Below, in pieces: positions 1-15,329 of a stretch of DNA of 64,000 nucleotides; the first letter of the stretch is position 1, and each line of letters starts with the position of its first letter. Below the pieces are notes generated by a model. It worked only from the letters and a program-made list of their open reading frames with translations. It searched no databases and was not told where the DNA came from. Source of the DNA: the human T2T-CHM13v2.0 reference genome, Homo sapiens. The DNA is taken from the NCBI RefSeq assembly GCF_009914755.1, contig NC_060928.1, one strand, 5' to 3'. The position numbers and the translations under genes are program-made.

Positions 1-411
1 TTATTGTGACAAGTTCTAAGAGTGACTTGAAGAAACCCATAAATTTATATATTAGAAAAATAAGCATATTGTTATATAATTATATAATATGATTTATATA
101 TAGATAATTATATATATACACACAGTGCAGGTTTGGGCATGTAGGAAGCCAGTGTCAGATTAAGTGTTGATGATTATTAAATGCCAGATTAGATTTTTTT
201 TTGTAGAGGGTACGCTATTACATTTTTCTTACCCTGACTGAGTCTTGTACTCTTCTATGCTATTCCTAGAGTAAAATAAGCCATCACTATTTGACTGATG
301 TTTTCAATTTTTTGGGCTTTTTCTCATCAGTGAAAGAAGGTGGCCACTGGAGTCTGCTACTTTATCCATGATCATCTTATCCTGCTGGGGTGATGTGTGT
401 GTTTTCTAAAG

Positions 412-640
412 CTGTGTTTTTCAAATTGCAGGCTTCAGCACATTCATGAGTGGGTCAAGAAATAAATTCAGTGGGTTATGACCAGCATTAAAGCATGTAT
501 TAGCATAGAAAATAAAATATCAGTGCATTGAATATAGAAAAGAATGTATTTCTTGAAACTTCTGTTTAGTTTTATCAAAAGATTGAAATAAAATATATCC
601 ACATTTATGTGGATATTGTTTAGTTCCACTAAGTGTATGT
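412..640 (+). mobile_element. Old hAT-type DNA transposon fragment (MER119-like)
   Basis: Begins gtgtttttcaaattgcag...agtgggttatgaccagcatt, resembling a hAT-Charlie terminus; similar to 960-1150. Confidence 0.45.
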
Positions 641-959
641 TTCCCTTAGTCATAGACATCCTTTAAAAGTGGTATTAGTTTTATATTATTTTGCCTTCTG
701 AGAGGAAGTGACCAGCATAAGTTTCAGTATGCTTTCTAATGGTATGCCATATCCTCTACATTACTTTCAAGGGTCCTCCTACCATCTTTTACTTTTATTT
801 TTTGAAGTAAAGGTTGTTAGAGAGTATCTAAGGAATAGAGAGTAGAAGAACATAGCAGCAGTGGCTTTTGAGTAACATTAACCAAGGCTGTTTTATTAAG
901 TAGAGTGATGTAGTATCTTGCCCCTTGGCATGTATTGTGATGGTTATCAACTCATAGAT

Positions 960-1150
960 CAGTGGTTTTCAAACTGCCAGTGGTAGCACACTCTGGAATC
1001 AATTTAGCAAGTTGCTGCCTCCCGTGAACCCCCTACCCCCTAATGAAACAGAAAAGAACAAAATAGAAAATATTATGAATGTATCACACAATATATACCT
1101 TTCTAAAACTTCTGTGTCAGTGGCATGTGTATGTATGGGATTGCAGAGAC
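960..1150 (+). mobile_element. Old hAT-type DNA transposon fragment (MER119-like)
   Basis: cagtggttttcaaactg terminus; shares aaacttctgt and overall layout with 412-640. Confidence 0.45.
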
Positions 1151-1429
1151 CTAATTTCTAGTGATTATCAACTGGGAAACTATGAAACTCAGTCTAATAA
1201 ATTCATATTGCCAAGCTGACCTCAGCCACAAAAGCTTCAGATATTTAAGACAAATATTACCAGATCAGTAGTTTTTTTTTGTTTTATTTTGTTTTGTTTT
1301 GTTTATCTCTGATGGTAGAGAACAGTTAGTTTGCTATAAAACTTTGGTTTTGTTTTTTTGTTGCTATATTGTTTTGTGATGTGTATGTGTTTGTTTGCCC
1401 TGGTAAATATATATGTGTATTTATTTTTA

Positions 1430-1717
1430 TTTATTTTTTTGAGACCAAGTCTTGCTCTGTCACCCAGGCTGGAGGACAGTGACATGATCTCAGCTCTACT
1501 GCAACCTCCGCCTCCTGGATTCAAGTGATTCTTCTGCCCCAGCCTCCTGAGTAGCTGGGACTACAGGCGCGTGCCATCATGCCTAATTTTTTGTATTTTT
1601 AGTAGAGACGGGGTTTCACCGTGTTAGCCAGGATGGCCTCAATCTCCTGAAATCGTGATCTGCCTGCCTCGGCTTCCCAAAGTGCTGGGATTACAGGCAT
1701 GAGCCACCGCCCCCAGT
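1430..1717 (-). mobile_element. Alu (AluS-type), full length
   Basis: Poly-T followed by the reverse-complement Alu body to gagccaccgc. Confidence 0.95.
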
Positions 1718-1842
1718 CTGTCTTGGTAAATATTTAAAGGTTCATACATAGGAAATTTACAATACATCCTAGTTGTGGAAGGATTTACCCTTGCTTTGCA
1801 TTGATGTAAGAGACTCATGCAGTTTAAAAAAAAATACAAATA

Positions 1843-2154
<312 letters not shown>

Positions 2155-2199
2155 AAAATACAAATAAAATGATGATGCACGCTAAAACCTATCAGTTCA

Positions 2200-2487
2200 G
2201 GCCAAGTGCAGTTGCTCACGCCTGTAATCCCAGCACTTTGGGAAGCCGAGGTGGGCAGACCACCTGGGGTCAGGAGTTCAAGACCAGCCTGGCCAACATG
2301 GGAAAACCCCATCTCACTAGAAATCCAAAAATTAACCAGATGCAGTTAATCTCAACTACTTGGGAGGCTGAGGCAGGAGAATTACTGGAATCTAGCACAC
2401 GGAGGTTGCAGTGAGCCAAGATCATGGCACTACACTCCAGCCTGGGCAACAGAGCAAGACTCTTGTCTCAAAAAAATAAAAAATAAA
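2200..2487 (+). mobile_element. Alu (AluS-type)
   Basis: Alu body with A tail; diverged TSD taaaacct(a/c)tcagtt. Confidence 0.93.
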
Positions 2488-5400
2488 ACCTCTCAGTTTC
2501 ACTTTTTATATGTTAGGACTTGTTTGTATAATAGGTGCTTCTTCAATTCAGAAGGCAAATATAAAATTTAAAGTTGCAAAAAATTAAGCATAAATCCAAT
2601 ACATTACAAATATTGAAGGCAGTTAAATGTTCAAATGTTAAAGCTTCTGTTTTTGTGAAGATTTCAGTAACATTTTAAATTTTATTTTTCTTGGATTAGT
2701 TCCTGTGCCTACTGCAGTGTCCTCATAACAGCAGATGTTTGCTTTATAGATTTATTGAGGATGATCACAGAGTTTCTGGTGAATATTTTAAAATAAATAA
2801 GGCTTCAAAGCAGGGTGGTATCAGCATATGTATATTTTAAGATTGTCTAAAATATAGTTTCTTTCTCCTTAGAAAACAGTGAAAAGATGAAGACTTCTGG
2901 TAAATTGTTTCACAGCAGTGGAATTTGTACATTAGTTTTCTACACTTGGGAGTTGAAAAATGGAAGAATTATTTGCCAAAAGAGGAGGACAAAAGATAAT
3001 ATGCATAATTCATCTTTTTCTGCAAGTTCTTGGAAATTTAGTCAAAGTACATAGTTCAGTTCTCTGAATTGGGCATGATATGCTCTTCAGAAATCACGTT
3101 TTGAAATTACAGAAGATAAATAACCTCTCCCAATCAGTGTGTTAACTACCCTGATGATGGTTGCTTGTCTTTGTACAGATGTGTGCAGGCATACATCTTT
3201 AGTGGTGGAGGCAGTAAATGAAAACATATGGATTCAGAGTATGGAAGAATTGAATTCATTTTTTTCTGTTGCTTTGTTTCACCAGATTCCCCCTATTCCA
3301 CATTAACCCCTTGTCTTCTCCCAGATTATCCAACTCTTCCTACTCTTTTCCATAGCGTTGTTTTGGCTTTTTGGCATTGTAAGAGGATTGCTTTTTTTCC
3401 CCCTTAAGTTATGTTTACTCACTTCATTGTCACTGCTTTCCACCTCATACTGGTTATCCTGTTGGAAGCACGAGGTTTTATGTTGTCTCTCTGTGGAATT
3501 TGTTTCTTCAAAGCTTTGTGTCTTTCCTTTGGTTGTCATCATGCATGATAGCAGCGTGTATTCTTTTTCTTTGGTAAATTTCTCCGCCTAGAGTGTACTT
3601 TAGAAGGAAACTAAACTGCATTCTAGTTTAGTTGGCCCCAAACTGAGATCAGTAGCCAGAGATGGCACCCAAGGGTGGTGAGGGGATTAAAAATGCCTGT
3701 AGAAGTGTTGGTGGCAGCAGCTAAGCAGCTAGATTAATCAAATGTGCATGAAATTTAACTTTAAATAAACTCCTTTGTTGTTGAATTTTCTGTGGAAAAA
3801 CTAACTTGAGTGAGAAATTCTAGCCCTGGGGCAGGGATAGGCCAGAGATAAATGACACAAATATGCTTATAAAATGGGGGGTGACTGGGTGCAAGCAGAA
3901 CACACTGAAAGCATTCATATTTGAAATAAACAGTCACTATCTCTGTAGGGAGCCAATTTTCAATCCTTGGTCTACTTTCCAAATCTGTTCTTTCCCCTAC
4001 CCTCATTAGCAGATTTTGCTTATTTTGTTGACTCCTGTAACTCCATCCCCTGGGACAGTGAATAGTCATAAGAGGTATTCAGCAAATATTAGCCAAATGA
4101 ATGAACTTTTGATACTACTAGGTTTTTAAGACATGCATCTATCTTGTCATGGCAGAACAGGTCATACTCTTATTTACCAACCTCTTAATTTACAAACTGA
4201 GAGAATAGCTAGATATATAAGAAGGTAATCTTATTTTGAAATGATTTCAATTTCTAGAAATTTGTCATCACTGAACTCTTGTGAGGTGGGGATTGGTACA
4301 TCTGAAGGCCAAGAATATCTGAGTGTGTTATGCTAACAATGAATCAATATTGCGCTTACAAGATTTCCCTTACCAAATGATTTACCCAGTCTTCACAATA
4401 GCTCTGCAGATTGCTAACAATTAACATTCCTATTTTACAGAGACGGAAGCTCTAGAATAACTATAAAAGTGTTGGAATTTTTTCTTTGTTTGTTTTTGTA
4501 GAAAAACCTGGATTTTGAGGAAGCAAAATGTGGAAAGAGTTTATGTAATAATTCACCAGATTTTTCTCACAGTGGTAGATATCCAAGTGTGAGATTATTT
4601 GATTGTGATCTATGCTCATATTCCACAGAAGAAAAGCTCTGTATTTCAACTAAAACATTTCCATATTTGGGGCTGACCAGATTTGGTTTGTTAGGAGGTG
4701 GACAGTTGCCCTTTTATGGTCACTAGATACTCCATTGCTCTCTTTTATTTCTCTTCAACTTGGTGGCTGTGACACTCCCTCAAACAATCTTTTCTTTCTC
4801 TTTTTTTTCACTGCTCTTTTGTACTCCAGTGTTCTCTGCTTTCCTCCCTCTCTCTTCCAACCTACCAGCCCCTTTCTCTCTCTTCTCCTCCCATTCCTCA
4901 TTTACATGCAGCCTGAACAAACCAAAGAGTTTGCTGTACATTCTGCCTGTAAAAGAATAGTATGTGAACATTGCTTTTGAGTCAGCGAACTGGGCAGGTC
5001 AAGTGAGAAGTTATCTGACCAACAAGGATCAAGTCAGGAGGATGCTGGGAATAGCATAAATCTTAGATCTTAGGAGATTGTCCAAAAAGGAGAGAGCTGA
5101 TCCAGGATGAGTAGTAGTTTTCAGAATAAAGGCCTTGTCAAATATAATAACTGGACCAGTGGTTTTAATTTTGGAGAAATGCTAGAACCAAACCAAAACA
5201 TTGATAAATAATAGGAAAAATTAACAGTTAGAATGACTCCCTTTCAACTTGATTTTTGTTCCAAAGTTCAAATTTTTACTTAGAATTAAGGTTTTCTTTT
5301 CAATCTGAAATTCTTCTTTATATCCTGAGCTCCTAACATTTTAAAAGCACAGGTAATCAATTTGTTAACTAATAACATTATGTTTAATAATGTCATTATT

Positions 5401-5796
5401 TTCTTAAACACAGTGGTATATTATTGTTACTATAGTAAAGAATTGCCTGGGTGTAATTGCTGGAGATCTGAACATGGTGTATCACATTTTCCAATCAATT
5501 AGTTTTAGACTCAACAAAACTACATCAGGGAATTTGTAAGGTGTATTGAGAGACTCCCATTTAGATCTTGATACCACTTCTTTATAGAATCTTTCAAAAA
5601 TGTGGATTATCACTTCCTTGAAGTGGCACCATGCTTCATTAAAGAACATTGCTTGTGGAGCAAGTAATAACAGTAAGCTATAGTGTTGTATCTTTGTAGG
5701 GCATTCTCCATAGGAAAGATAGTTCTATCAATTTTAGCTACCTGAATTTGGTAAAATAGTTCCCTTTTCTCTCCATTGTAAAATTTGAAAAGTTAG

Positions 5797-6146
<350 letters not shown>

Positions 6147-8865
6147 TTAAACATTACAGATCAGTTTTTTTAAATCATCATTTAACTGTGCTTTAATCAT
6201 GTTAAATTGTAATTGATCTAAATAATAATGTAGTTTAATAGATAAAATTCCATAATAATCTTTTTGTTTTGGTTGCATGTGTTTTAACAGATGACTTGCT
6301 ATTACAGTTTATTCATATAGTGAGCACCTACTGCATACAGATTTGTATTTGAGAACTCAATATTGTACACACATGAGTCATCTTGAACGTGAATAATACA
6401 AGCTTATAACTTTGGCCATATTTCTCTAATGGGCATGTATGCTATTAAGAAAAAATACTGCCCAGGATTAAAAGTTATAGCCTAAAATATTGAGTGTGCA
6501 TTTCCAGTTTATTGTGGAAACTAGTTGGCATTTTTTTTTTCTCAGCACAAATACAGTGGTATGACATTTTCTTCATTGCTAGGTTACTTAGTTATAATTC
6601 TTTAGGAGTCTGAATTTGAGTGATCTCTACAGCTGTTAACACAGATTTCCCTGGTTTATTTCACCTTATGCTATTGCTTCATATTCTCAAATTGGAATAT
6701 TACAGTATTTCATCCTTGGGATTCAACAGTTTTGGTTTGCTGAGAAATCAATTACAGGTTAAGAAGTGATTTCTTTGAAACATTAAATAATGATAGGTGG
6801 TTTGTTTACTGGGAAAAGAGAATAAATGTTATCAGTGAATTGGGATAAAGTCATTATTTTGGAAAGGCAAAGAATATAAGTAGTTTATGGAACAGAATAT
6901 GGCTTCCTTATTTGTTTTATATGTGGGGCTCATTATCTTTAACCTTTGTTGATCATTGTAGAGTCAGGAATGAGGGAAACCCTCACCTTGTGGCTTTCCG
7001 ACCTTCGTTTTTCCTTTTTAAATTAGAAATAATGCTGCCTCTCAGGATTGTTAATGATACTTAAATGAGAATACACATAAGGAGATGTATTTTGTCTATT
7101 GCTGTCTCGTTTACTTTGCTATATGAAGCCAGTTGAGGAAGCTACAGGTATAAGTGGCAATGAGACTTCATCTAATCTTACAGATTTAGAGAATGGAGAT
7201 AGAGAAGATAATTTGGAAATCCAGTTGATGGAATTTGTTAGTGAACTGCCTGTGGTGGAAGGCAAGATGAGGGAGGAGATCAGTAATACTAGTGCTGTAG
7301 ACAGTAGAGACACCACATGACTTTAGGAAACATGCCTGTGCAGAAGTTGGTGAGAGGAGGAATATTAAGAATTAAATAGCTACAGTGGAGCTCATCTTTA
7401 AAGAAAAACTAGTCTCTTGTTTCTTAATTAAGCAATTTGACGTAGGGCGATTGACTAGACAGTTAACTAGTAAATTAACTGTAACACAACACCTTTGCAG
7501 CTTGTACAATTTGAGTTCATACATAGCATAGCAAAGTATCAAGTAAATACATAACATGAATGACTCAAAACTCTGAAAATCGTGTCCACTTCCTAGGGGC
7601 CTTGTTCTTGTCTTCTGCATTGCCACCCCGACTCACTCTCTCAAGGCTTTCCCTCCTATACTAGTGTTTCCATAAGTTACTGATGATGTGTACTTTAATC
7701 AGTGCTTGGTGATCTGGCCAGTCTCAATTCCAAACCTTTCCAAAGGCAAACATTGTCAGATGTTTGTAGAAGCATTAATGAGCTTGTAGTATTACCCAAG
7801 GCAAAGCAGCTTGCAGTTAGATCTTGCACCATCAAGCCTTGTGCTCCTGTGCTGTTTTTTTCCCTTTCAGAGCCTCATGGCCTCCTGTGAGGCTTGAGTG
7901 AGCAGATACTAGCTGGTGGGCCTGCTCTTTTGGTCCTAGCAATGCAGGAAGGCAACGTGACAGCTTAATGGCTCAGATACACGTTGGCAGAAAGCCAGTA
8001 AGCTTTGTATTGTGGTTAAGACCGCTTCTTCAAAGTGGTTTTCATTTTTACCACAAATGTAGGTTTGATCATTATAATGTAAGTTACAATTCAAAAGAAG
8101 AAATGTATTGCTTTGTATTAACACTCAAGCAAAAAAGGCATTTCCTTTTTCATGTAATGGTGTTACATAAAATGTTTTGGAAATCTCTTCTCCCCCATTC
8201 TGAACATAGGAATTTTGATTCCCATCATTTTATTTTAGTTTATTGCATTATTTTTAAACTCGTGTAGAATATCTACAATGTCCTATTTTATATGTGTTTA
8301 AAAGTGGCAATTGTCATCTTTAATTTTTTCCTTAGGGGCAGGCTTCTCTGAAGTAGCTTAACCCCTTATAAACCTGACTGATGGTCTTTCCTTTGTGCAT
8401 TAGGCCTTATTCTGAAGGGCTCCATAAATGCTCTGGTCTCTGTTATTGAAAAGGAAAGATGCACTGCTGGATTCAAGTACATGAAAATACCAAACTGTGT
8501 GTCAAAGGCTTGGCTGCTAAGAAATTGGCCAAACATGGTTTGATGGAGGCTGGACTGGTACTGTGTCTGTGTAATTTCTACCAACAGAAAAAAGAACACA
8601 AAACCTCTTCATTAAATGGAACTCTATGTAGATTCATGTTCTTTTTCAATTTAGAAAAAAAGCGTTCTTTGCAGAATTCTGATTGATAGTGTAAGCCGTA
8701 CATTCAGAAGACTGTCACAGTCCCTACTGCAGTTGTAACATAGTGCTCTTGTGCAGGAAAAATGCAAGAGAAATTGTTTCAGCATCAGATTTATGACATA
8801 CATATATGTGCACACACAAGTGTCTTTATGTGTGTATGTATGTAGTCAAGGTGTGGCACCCATAA

Positions 8866-9240
<375 letters not shown>

Positions 9241-9475
9241 ATGTTTACAGCTTTAGAAAACATTTTCTTACTTCTAGTAATCAAGGAAAAATTTACTCTT
9301 TACCCTTGCAAAATTTAGTCAGTACTGAAGGTTTGGGAAGGTAATGAAAGAAAGTTTCCTTTCAGATTTTTTGTTGCCTCCCTCACTCACACTAAATCAG
9401 TGCTATATCATAGAAGGTTTTAGGTCAGTTAGTGCACTTTACAATTCTGTCATAAAAATTCATATCCGGTCACCC

Positions 9476-9767
9476 TTTTCTTTTTTTTTTTTCGAGATGG
9501 AATCTCGCTCTGTCACCAGGCTGGAGTGCAGTGGCACCATTTCGGCTCACTGCAACCTCCATCCCCCAGGGTTCAAGCAATTCTCCTGCCTCAGCCTCCC
9601 GAGTAGCTGGGACTACAGGTGCGCACCACCATGCCCAGCTAATTTTTGTATTTTTAGTAGAGACAAGGTTTCACCATGTTGGCCAGGATGGTGTTGATCC
9701 CTTGACCTAGTGATCCACCTGCCTCCCAAAGTGCTGGGATTACAGGCGTGAGCCAGTGTGCCCGGCC
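9476..9767 (-). mobile_element. Alu (AluSc-like)
   Basis: Poly-T plus reverse-complement Alu body; gtcaccaggctgg variant. Confidence 0.93.
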
Positions 9768-9830
9768 CCTGGCACTCTTTTCACAACATAGTGTCCATAA
9801 TTGAAATGCAATTAAATTCTGTCCTAATGC

Positions 9831-9910
9831 AGAGTACGTGGAAAATCATGAACATTATAATCTAGTTAACAGAGTACGTGGAAAATCATGAACATTATAA
9901 TCTAGTTAAC
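9831..9910. repeat. Perfect 2 x 40-bp tandem duplication
   Basis: agagtacgtggaaaatcatgaacattataatctagttaac at 9831-9870 and 9871-9910, identical copies. Confidence 0.98.
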
Positions 9911-9959
9911 ATTTTGAACTGAATTTACCAGTATATGAACTTGTGCAAGGTAGTTTCTA

Positions 9960-10308
<349 letters not shown>

Positions 10309-11099
10309 AATAATGTGGGTATGATGTGAGATACGCATGCAAAGTATGTAATATAATGCCTGCCCTCCAGTAGCTGCTATTGTAATGTACTTCATATGGA
10401 TAGGGACAGTGTTTCTTATTTGCTGCTATCTGTTCCAAGTGTCTAGTGTGGTACCTAACACCTAATGGGCACTTACATGTGTGTTGAATAGTGAAAGGGA
10501 AAAGGAACCAGAATCTAGGAGAACAGTTAATTATTACCATTCTCCCTCATTCCTCTTCATCTCAGTTTTAGGTGAAATAGGCAAAAGAATTTCACTACTT
10601 AAACAATTTGAAGTGAGGGTGAGAAATAAGAGAGAAAATGCAAGGAAGAAAAAACTGTGTGACGTCTTCTATGTACAAGCCAGTTTTCCATAATCACATT
10701 GTGGATTTTCCATGGAAGATGTTCAGTCCCCATCAGTCTTTGTTGGGACGCACACAAAGCAGGCACGAAGCCCATCATGTAGCAAGTCAGGGGAAAGGGA
10801 TGCTTGCTGCGTGCTCTCTGGCCGCCCTTCCTAGGGAGGCGTGGATTCTAGAACAGACTTCACTATGCTTCTCTCTCCTTTTGTATCCTTACCTTGATGG
10901 TAATAGGAACCATTTATATTCATACATATACTCCTCAGGTTCCTTTTTATCTCCTTTTTATTGCTAGTTTTGACAACTACTTGTCTGTTTTTTCTGTTAC
11001 TGGGCAGCTGGAGCCACCTGACCTGGCACTAACATAGGACCCTTCACAGCTGAGCTTAGTTATCCCTCTCTAAGCCATAGTTTAAGGACAAACTAAATA

Positions 11100-12010
11100 T
11101 ATTTTTTTGTGGTAAAATATACATAATGTAAAATTAACCATTTTAACCAATTTTAAGTTTGCAGTCCAGTGACATTAAGTACATTGATGTTGTGAATGTA
11201 GTTAACCATCACCACCATCCATCTCCAGAAATTTTCATCCTCCCAAACTGAAACTCTGTGCTCATTTAACAATAACTCTCCATTCTCCCTTCCCCCCAGG
11301 TCCCTGGTAGCCACCAATTTTTCTGTCTCCATGAATTTGACTACTCTAGGACCTCATATAAGTGGAATCATATAATATTTGTCCTTTTGTGTTTGGCTTA
11401 TTTCGCTTAGCATGTCTTCAAGGTTTATTCATGTTGTGTTGTAACATATCAGAATTTCCTTTTCAGGCTGAATCATATCCCATCATATGTATGTATGTAC
11501 CACATTTTTGTTATCCATTTGTTCATTGTCAGTGTACATTTGAGTTGTTTTCCACCTTTTGGCTATTGTGAATAATGGTACTATGAATATTAGTGTACAA
11601 CTGTCTTTTAATTCCAGCTTCTGTTTTTTCTGAGTATATGCTCAGTAGTGGAACTGATGGATCATATGGCAATTCTGTGTTTAGTATTTTGAGGAACCAT
11701 ACTGTTTTCCATAGTGGCTGTACCATTTTACATTCTCACTAGCTATATATGAAAGGTTCCACTTTTCCCCATATCCTTGCCAGCCCTTGTTACTTTATTG
11801 TTATTGTTGTTTTTTGTTTTAAATCAGAGCCATCCTAATGGGTATGAAGTGGTATCTCATGGTTTTGATTTGCATTTCCCTAATTAATGAGGTTGAGCAT
11901 CTTTTCATGTGCTTATTGGCCACTTGTGTATCTTCCTTAGAGAAATGTCTATTCCTTTGCTCATTTATGAACTAAGTTTCTTTGTTGTTGAGCTTAGGAG
12001 TTCTTTATAA
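11100..12010 (-). mobile_element. L1 3' end (L1MB-like)
   Basis: Typical antisense L1M 3'UTR (aagtggaatcatat..., ggctattgtgaataatg). The minus ORF 11529-11726 QPLWKTVW...ELPYDP is an ORF2 C-terminal remnant. Confidence 0.92.
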
Positions 12011-12149
12011 AATCCTGTATCGATATTTGATTGTATGTATTTTTAAGGCAGTATAAATATATACTTGTTTTGAAGGGACCATTTCGGTTTCACAGTATTC
12101 ATTAGATTAGGTATCATTCAGTAATCCAGCCTTGAAAGAGTAGTAGTGG

Positions 12150-12355
12150 GCTTACTCAGTGCTGGACACTATTATAGTGCTTTACATATATGAACCTTTT
12201 TGATTAGAAGTACATTTATCTGTGTTTTCCATTGAAGAAACTGAAGCACAGAGAGTTTGAGTAAATTTCTTGCTCCAGGTCACACCGCTAGCTTGCAATA
12301 AAGCCAGGATTTCAATTTAAGCAACCTAGTTCCTGAGTCCATGCACTTAGCCTGT
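12150..12355 (-). mobile_element. MIR
   Basis: gaagaaactgaagcacagagag...aggtcacac, the reverse of the MIR core. Confidence 0.75.
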
Positions 12356-13049
12356 ATGATAAACTTTGTGTGTGCTCTCATCAAGTGACACTTTTCAGGT
12401 CTTGAACACTGCTTTCCCTCTCCCAAAGATTTATCTTACTTTTTCCAGTGGCCAAACTAGAAGGCAGACAAAATCATCAGGGAACTGTGACTGAAATTCA
12501 TAAAGGCATGTGTGCCATTTTAAAGGCAGTTCATAAGATGAAGTGAGGCGTCTGAAGGAGTTATTAGTAACAACTGAATAAACACTTGGAACCTCTTTAA
12601 AGTTTCATTGTATTTCTCTTTGTGGAAAACCCTTAGGTTTGATGTGATTCTTTGTTTGAGTCAGGCATATATTTTCTAAAATGGTTTCCCTAGTGAAATT
12701 TGCTTACTGAGACATTTTTTTCTGTAAATTCTTTACTTATCTGCCTTTCTCTGTTTTTATTTTAAGCCACTTGTATTCTAGAGTTGGTGCTTGAGTGGTC
12801 ATCAGTTGATGTGTAGAGAATGCAATTTTATCTTGTGTCTTGTAGTTTACCTAAGCCAAACTTAATTGGTAAGACAAAACAAAACTTCTTTGTCAAATTA
12901 TATAATGCATTTTAAAGCAAAATACAATCTTTGCTGCTGCCCATTATCACTAATAATCACGTGTAGGGTGTGTGGGTTTTATGTATACACTGCGGAAGGG
13001 GAGATGAGAAATGTAGACCTCATTTCTCTTTCGAAGTTGATGTTACTAA

Positions 13050-13285
13050 CTGGGTGACTTTTTGCTGTGTGTCCTTAGTCTCCTTTAATCTGGGCCAGTT
13101 CCTCAGTTTTTTGTTTCATTTTGTCAACTGTTCCACAGTTGGGGTTTGTTCCTCAATTTGGCTTGTTCCTTATGTTTAGATTCTGGTTCTGTGTTTTTGG
13201 CAGTAATAGAGTATGAGAGAAGTGATGGTGTATTCTTCTTAATGTACCATATCAGGAGGCATTTGATGTCAGTTTGTCTCATTCA
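13050..13285 (-). mobile_element. Old L1M 3'UTR fragment
   Basis: tagtctcctttaatctgg...atatcaggaggca resembles L1MC/ME 3' sequence. Confidence 0.55.
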
Positions 13286-13726
13286 GTCTTGATATATGAA
13301 ATTGGAGTAGTTTGCCCCAGAGTCTGATTGCCTCTCTTTTTTTGAGGCCATAGATTTAAAAAAATTCTTTTTGAGGCCATACTCTTCATTTAAGGCTTTC
13401 ATATGAGAAGTTAATGGAGACCCGTATTCTCACAGCTTACTTGTGCTGTCTGGGTAGTGGGGCTTGTGTTAGAGATTTAACCCAGGGGAATCCCTCTCCA
13501 GGTATGGATATTTGGAAAGACATTAACTAAACCTGGAAACAATATTGGAGGTACCTAAAAATCCAGATGCTGAGGGTGCCTGCAGTTGATGCTGTTAGTT
13601 ACCCTCATTTAGATCTTTTCATTCTTCCTGCTTCTTTACATAAACTGCTGGCAGAATGTTATAAAGAGAAGTTCATTGGTGTTTGTTTGTTTTTTAATTG
13701 AAAAAGGTAGAATAAAAGGACTTTTA

Positions 13727-14067
<341 letters not shown>

Positions 14068-14172
14068 TCAGATGTTTCTGTACAGCAAATATAATGAGAA
14101 GGAAGTACATTTCTTCACCTGTAGTGGCCAGTTGCATGGCATGTCTTTGAAATCTACCCCATAGGATGTGGG

Positions 14173-14868
14173 TTTTTTTGTTTTTGTTTTTTTTTGCCAC
14201 CAGGTCTCACTCTGTTGCCCAGGCTGGAGTACAGTGGTGGGATCATAGCTCACTGCAGCCTGGTACTCCTGGGCTCAAGCAATCCTCCCGCCTCTCAAGC
14301 AGTCCTCCTGCCTCAGCCTCCTAAGTAGCTAGGACCACAGGTGTGCAACACTGTATTAGTTTGTTCTCACACTGCTATAAAGAACTGCTTGAGACTGAAT
14401 AATGTATAAAGAAAAGAGGTTTAATTGCCTTAGTTCTGCATGGCTGGGGAGGCCTCAGGAAACTTACAAGCATGACAGAAGGCAAAGGAGAGACAAGTAC
14501 CTTCTTCACAAAGCTGCAGGAAAAAGAGCATGTGTGGAGAAGGAACAGTCAAACACATGAAATCATCAGATCTCATGAGAACCCACTCACTATCATGAGA
14601 ACAGCATGGGGGAAACCTCCTCCATGATCACCTGCTACCAGGTTCCTCCCTCGACACATGGGGATTATGGGGATTACAATTCAAGAGATTTGGGTAAGAA
14701 CACAGAGCCAAACCGTATCAACCACCACACCTGCCTAATTTTTAATATTTTTGTAGAGATGGGGGTCTTGCTTTATTGCCCAAGGCTGGTCTTGAACTCT
14801 TGGCTTCAAGTGATTCTCCTGACTTGGCCTCCCAAAGTGCTGCAATTACAGGTGTGAGCCATAGTGCC
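14173..14868 (-). mobile_element. AluJ-type element split by an LTR insertion
   Basis: Right arm at 14173-14351; linker and left arm resume at 14721-14868. Confidence 0.9.
14352..14720 (-). mobile_element. MaLR solo LTR (MSTA-like)
   Basis: Termini tgtattagtttgttctcacactgctataaag ... gagccaaaccgtatca (TG..CA); 5-bp TSD aacac/accac. Confidence 0.92.
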
Positions 14869-15329
14869 TAAGAAAGAAACATCTTATAGGATGTTTCTTC
14901 ATTAAAAACATGTTTAATAGATGAGATTGTCCAGAACACATCTTGCTTTGATCACCTTTGTTAGTGGCCAAGGACAACTGGTTATACCTAGCCAAGTTTC
15001 GAGCAGCATTGCCATTAAATGTGGTTTTTAAGGTAAGAGCAGGTTCGAAACTAGAAATTGAAATAGGACAAAGGCTGACATAGTGTCTTATTCTTCTTGT
15101 GTGACTTAAGCTATTTTCTGCACCTGTGGGTGGAGAATGAGTAAACTTTTAAAAGTAAAATTACATATTTATTTAATAATGTATTTTCAAATATTAACCT
15201 CTTCAATCATATTCAATAGGTACAATATTTAAGTAGTTTCTGAATGTTTTGTTTTTATAAATTATATAGATGAACGTCTGTGAAGCTACATCGTTGTTCA
15301 TTTGTTGTAATAGCATATTAGGTCCATAA

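Noticed and set aside
9831-9910. CRISPR-like repeat
   Set aside because: Only two abutting copies, no spacers, eukaryotic context.
10660-10667. CRE-like TGACGTCT
   Set aside because: One mismatch from TGACGTCA and isolated; no CpG island or promoter architecture is visible anywhere in the window.
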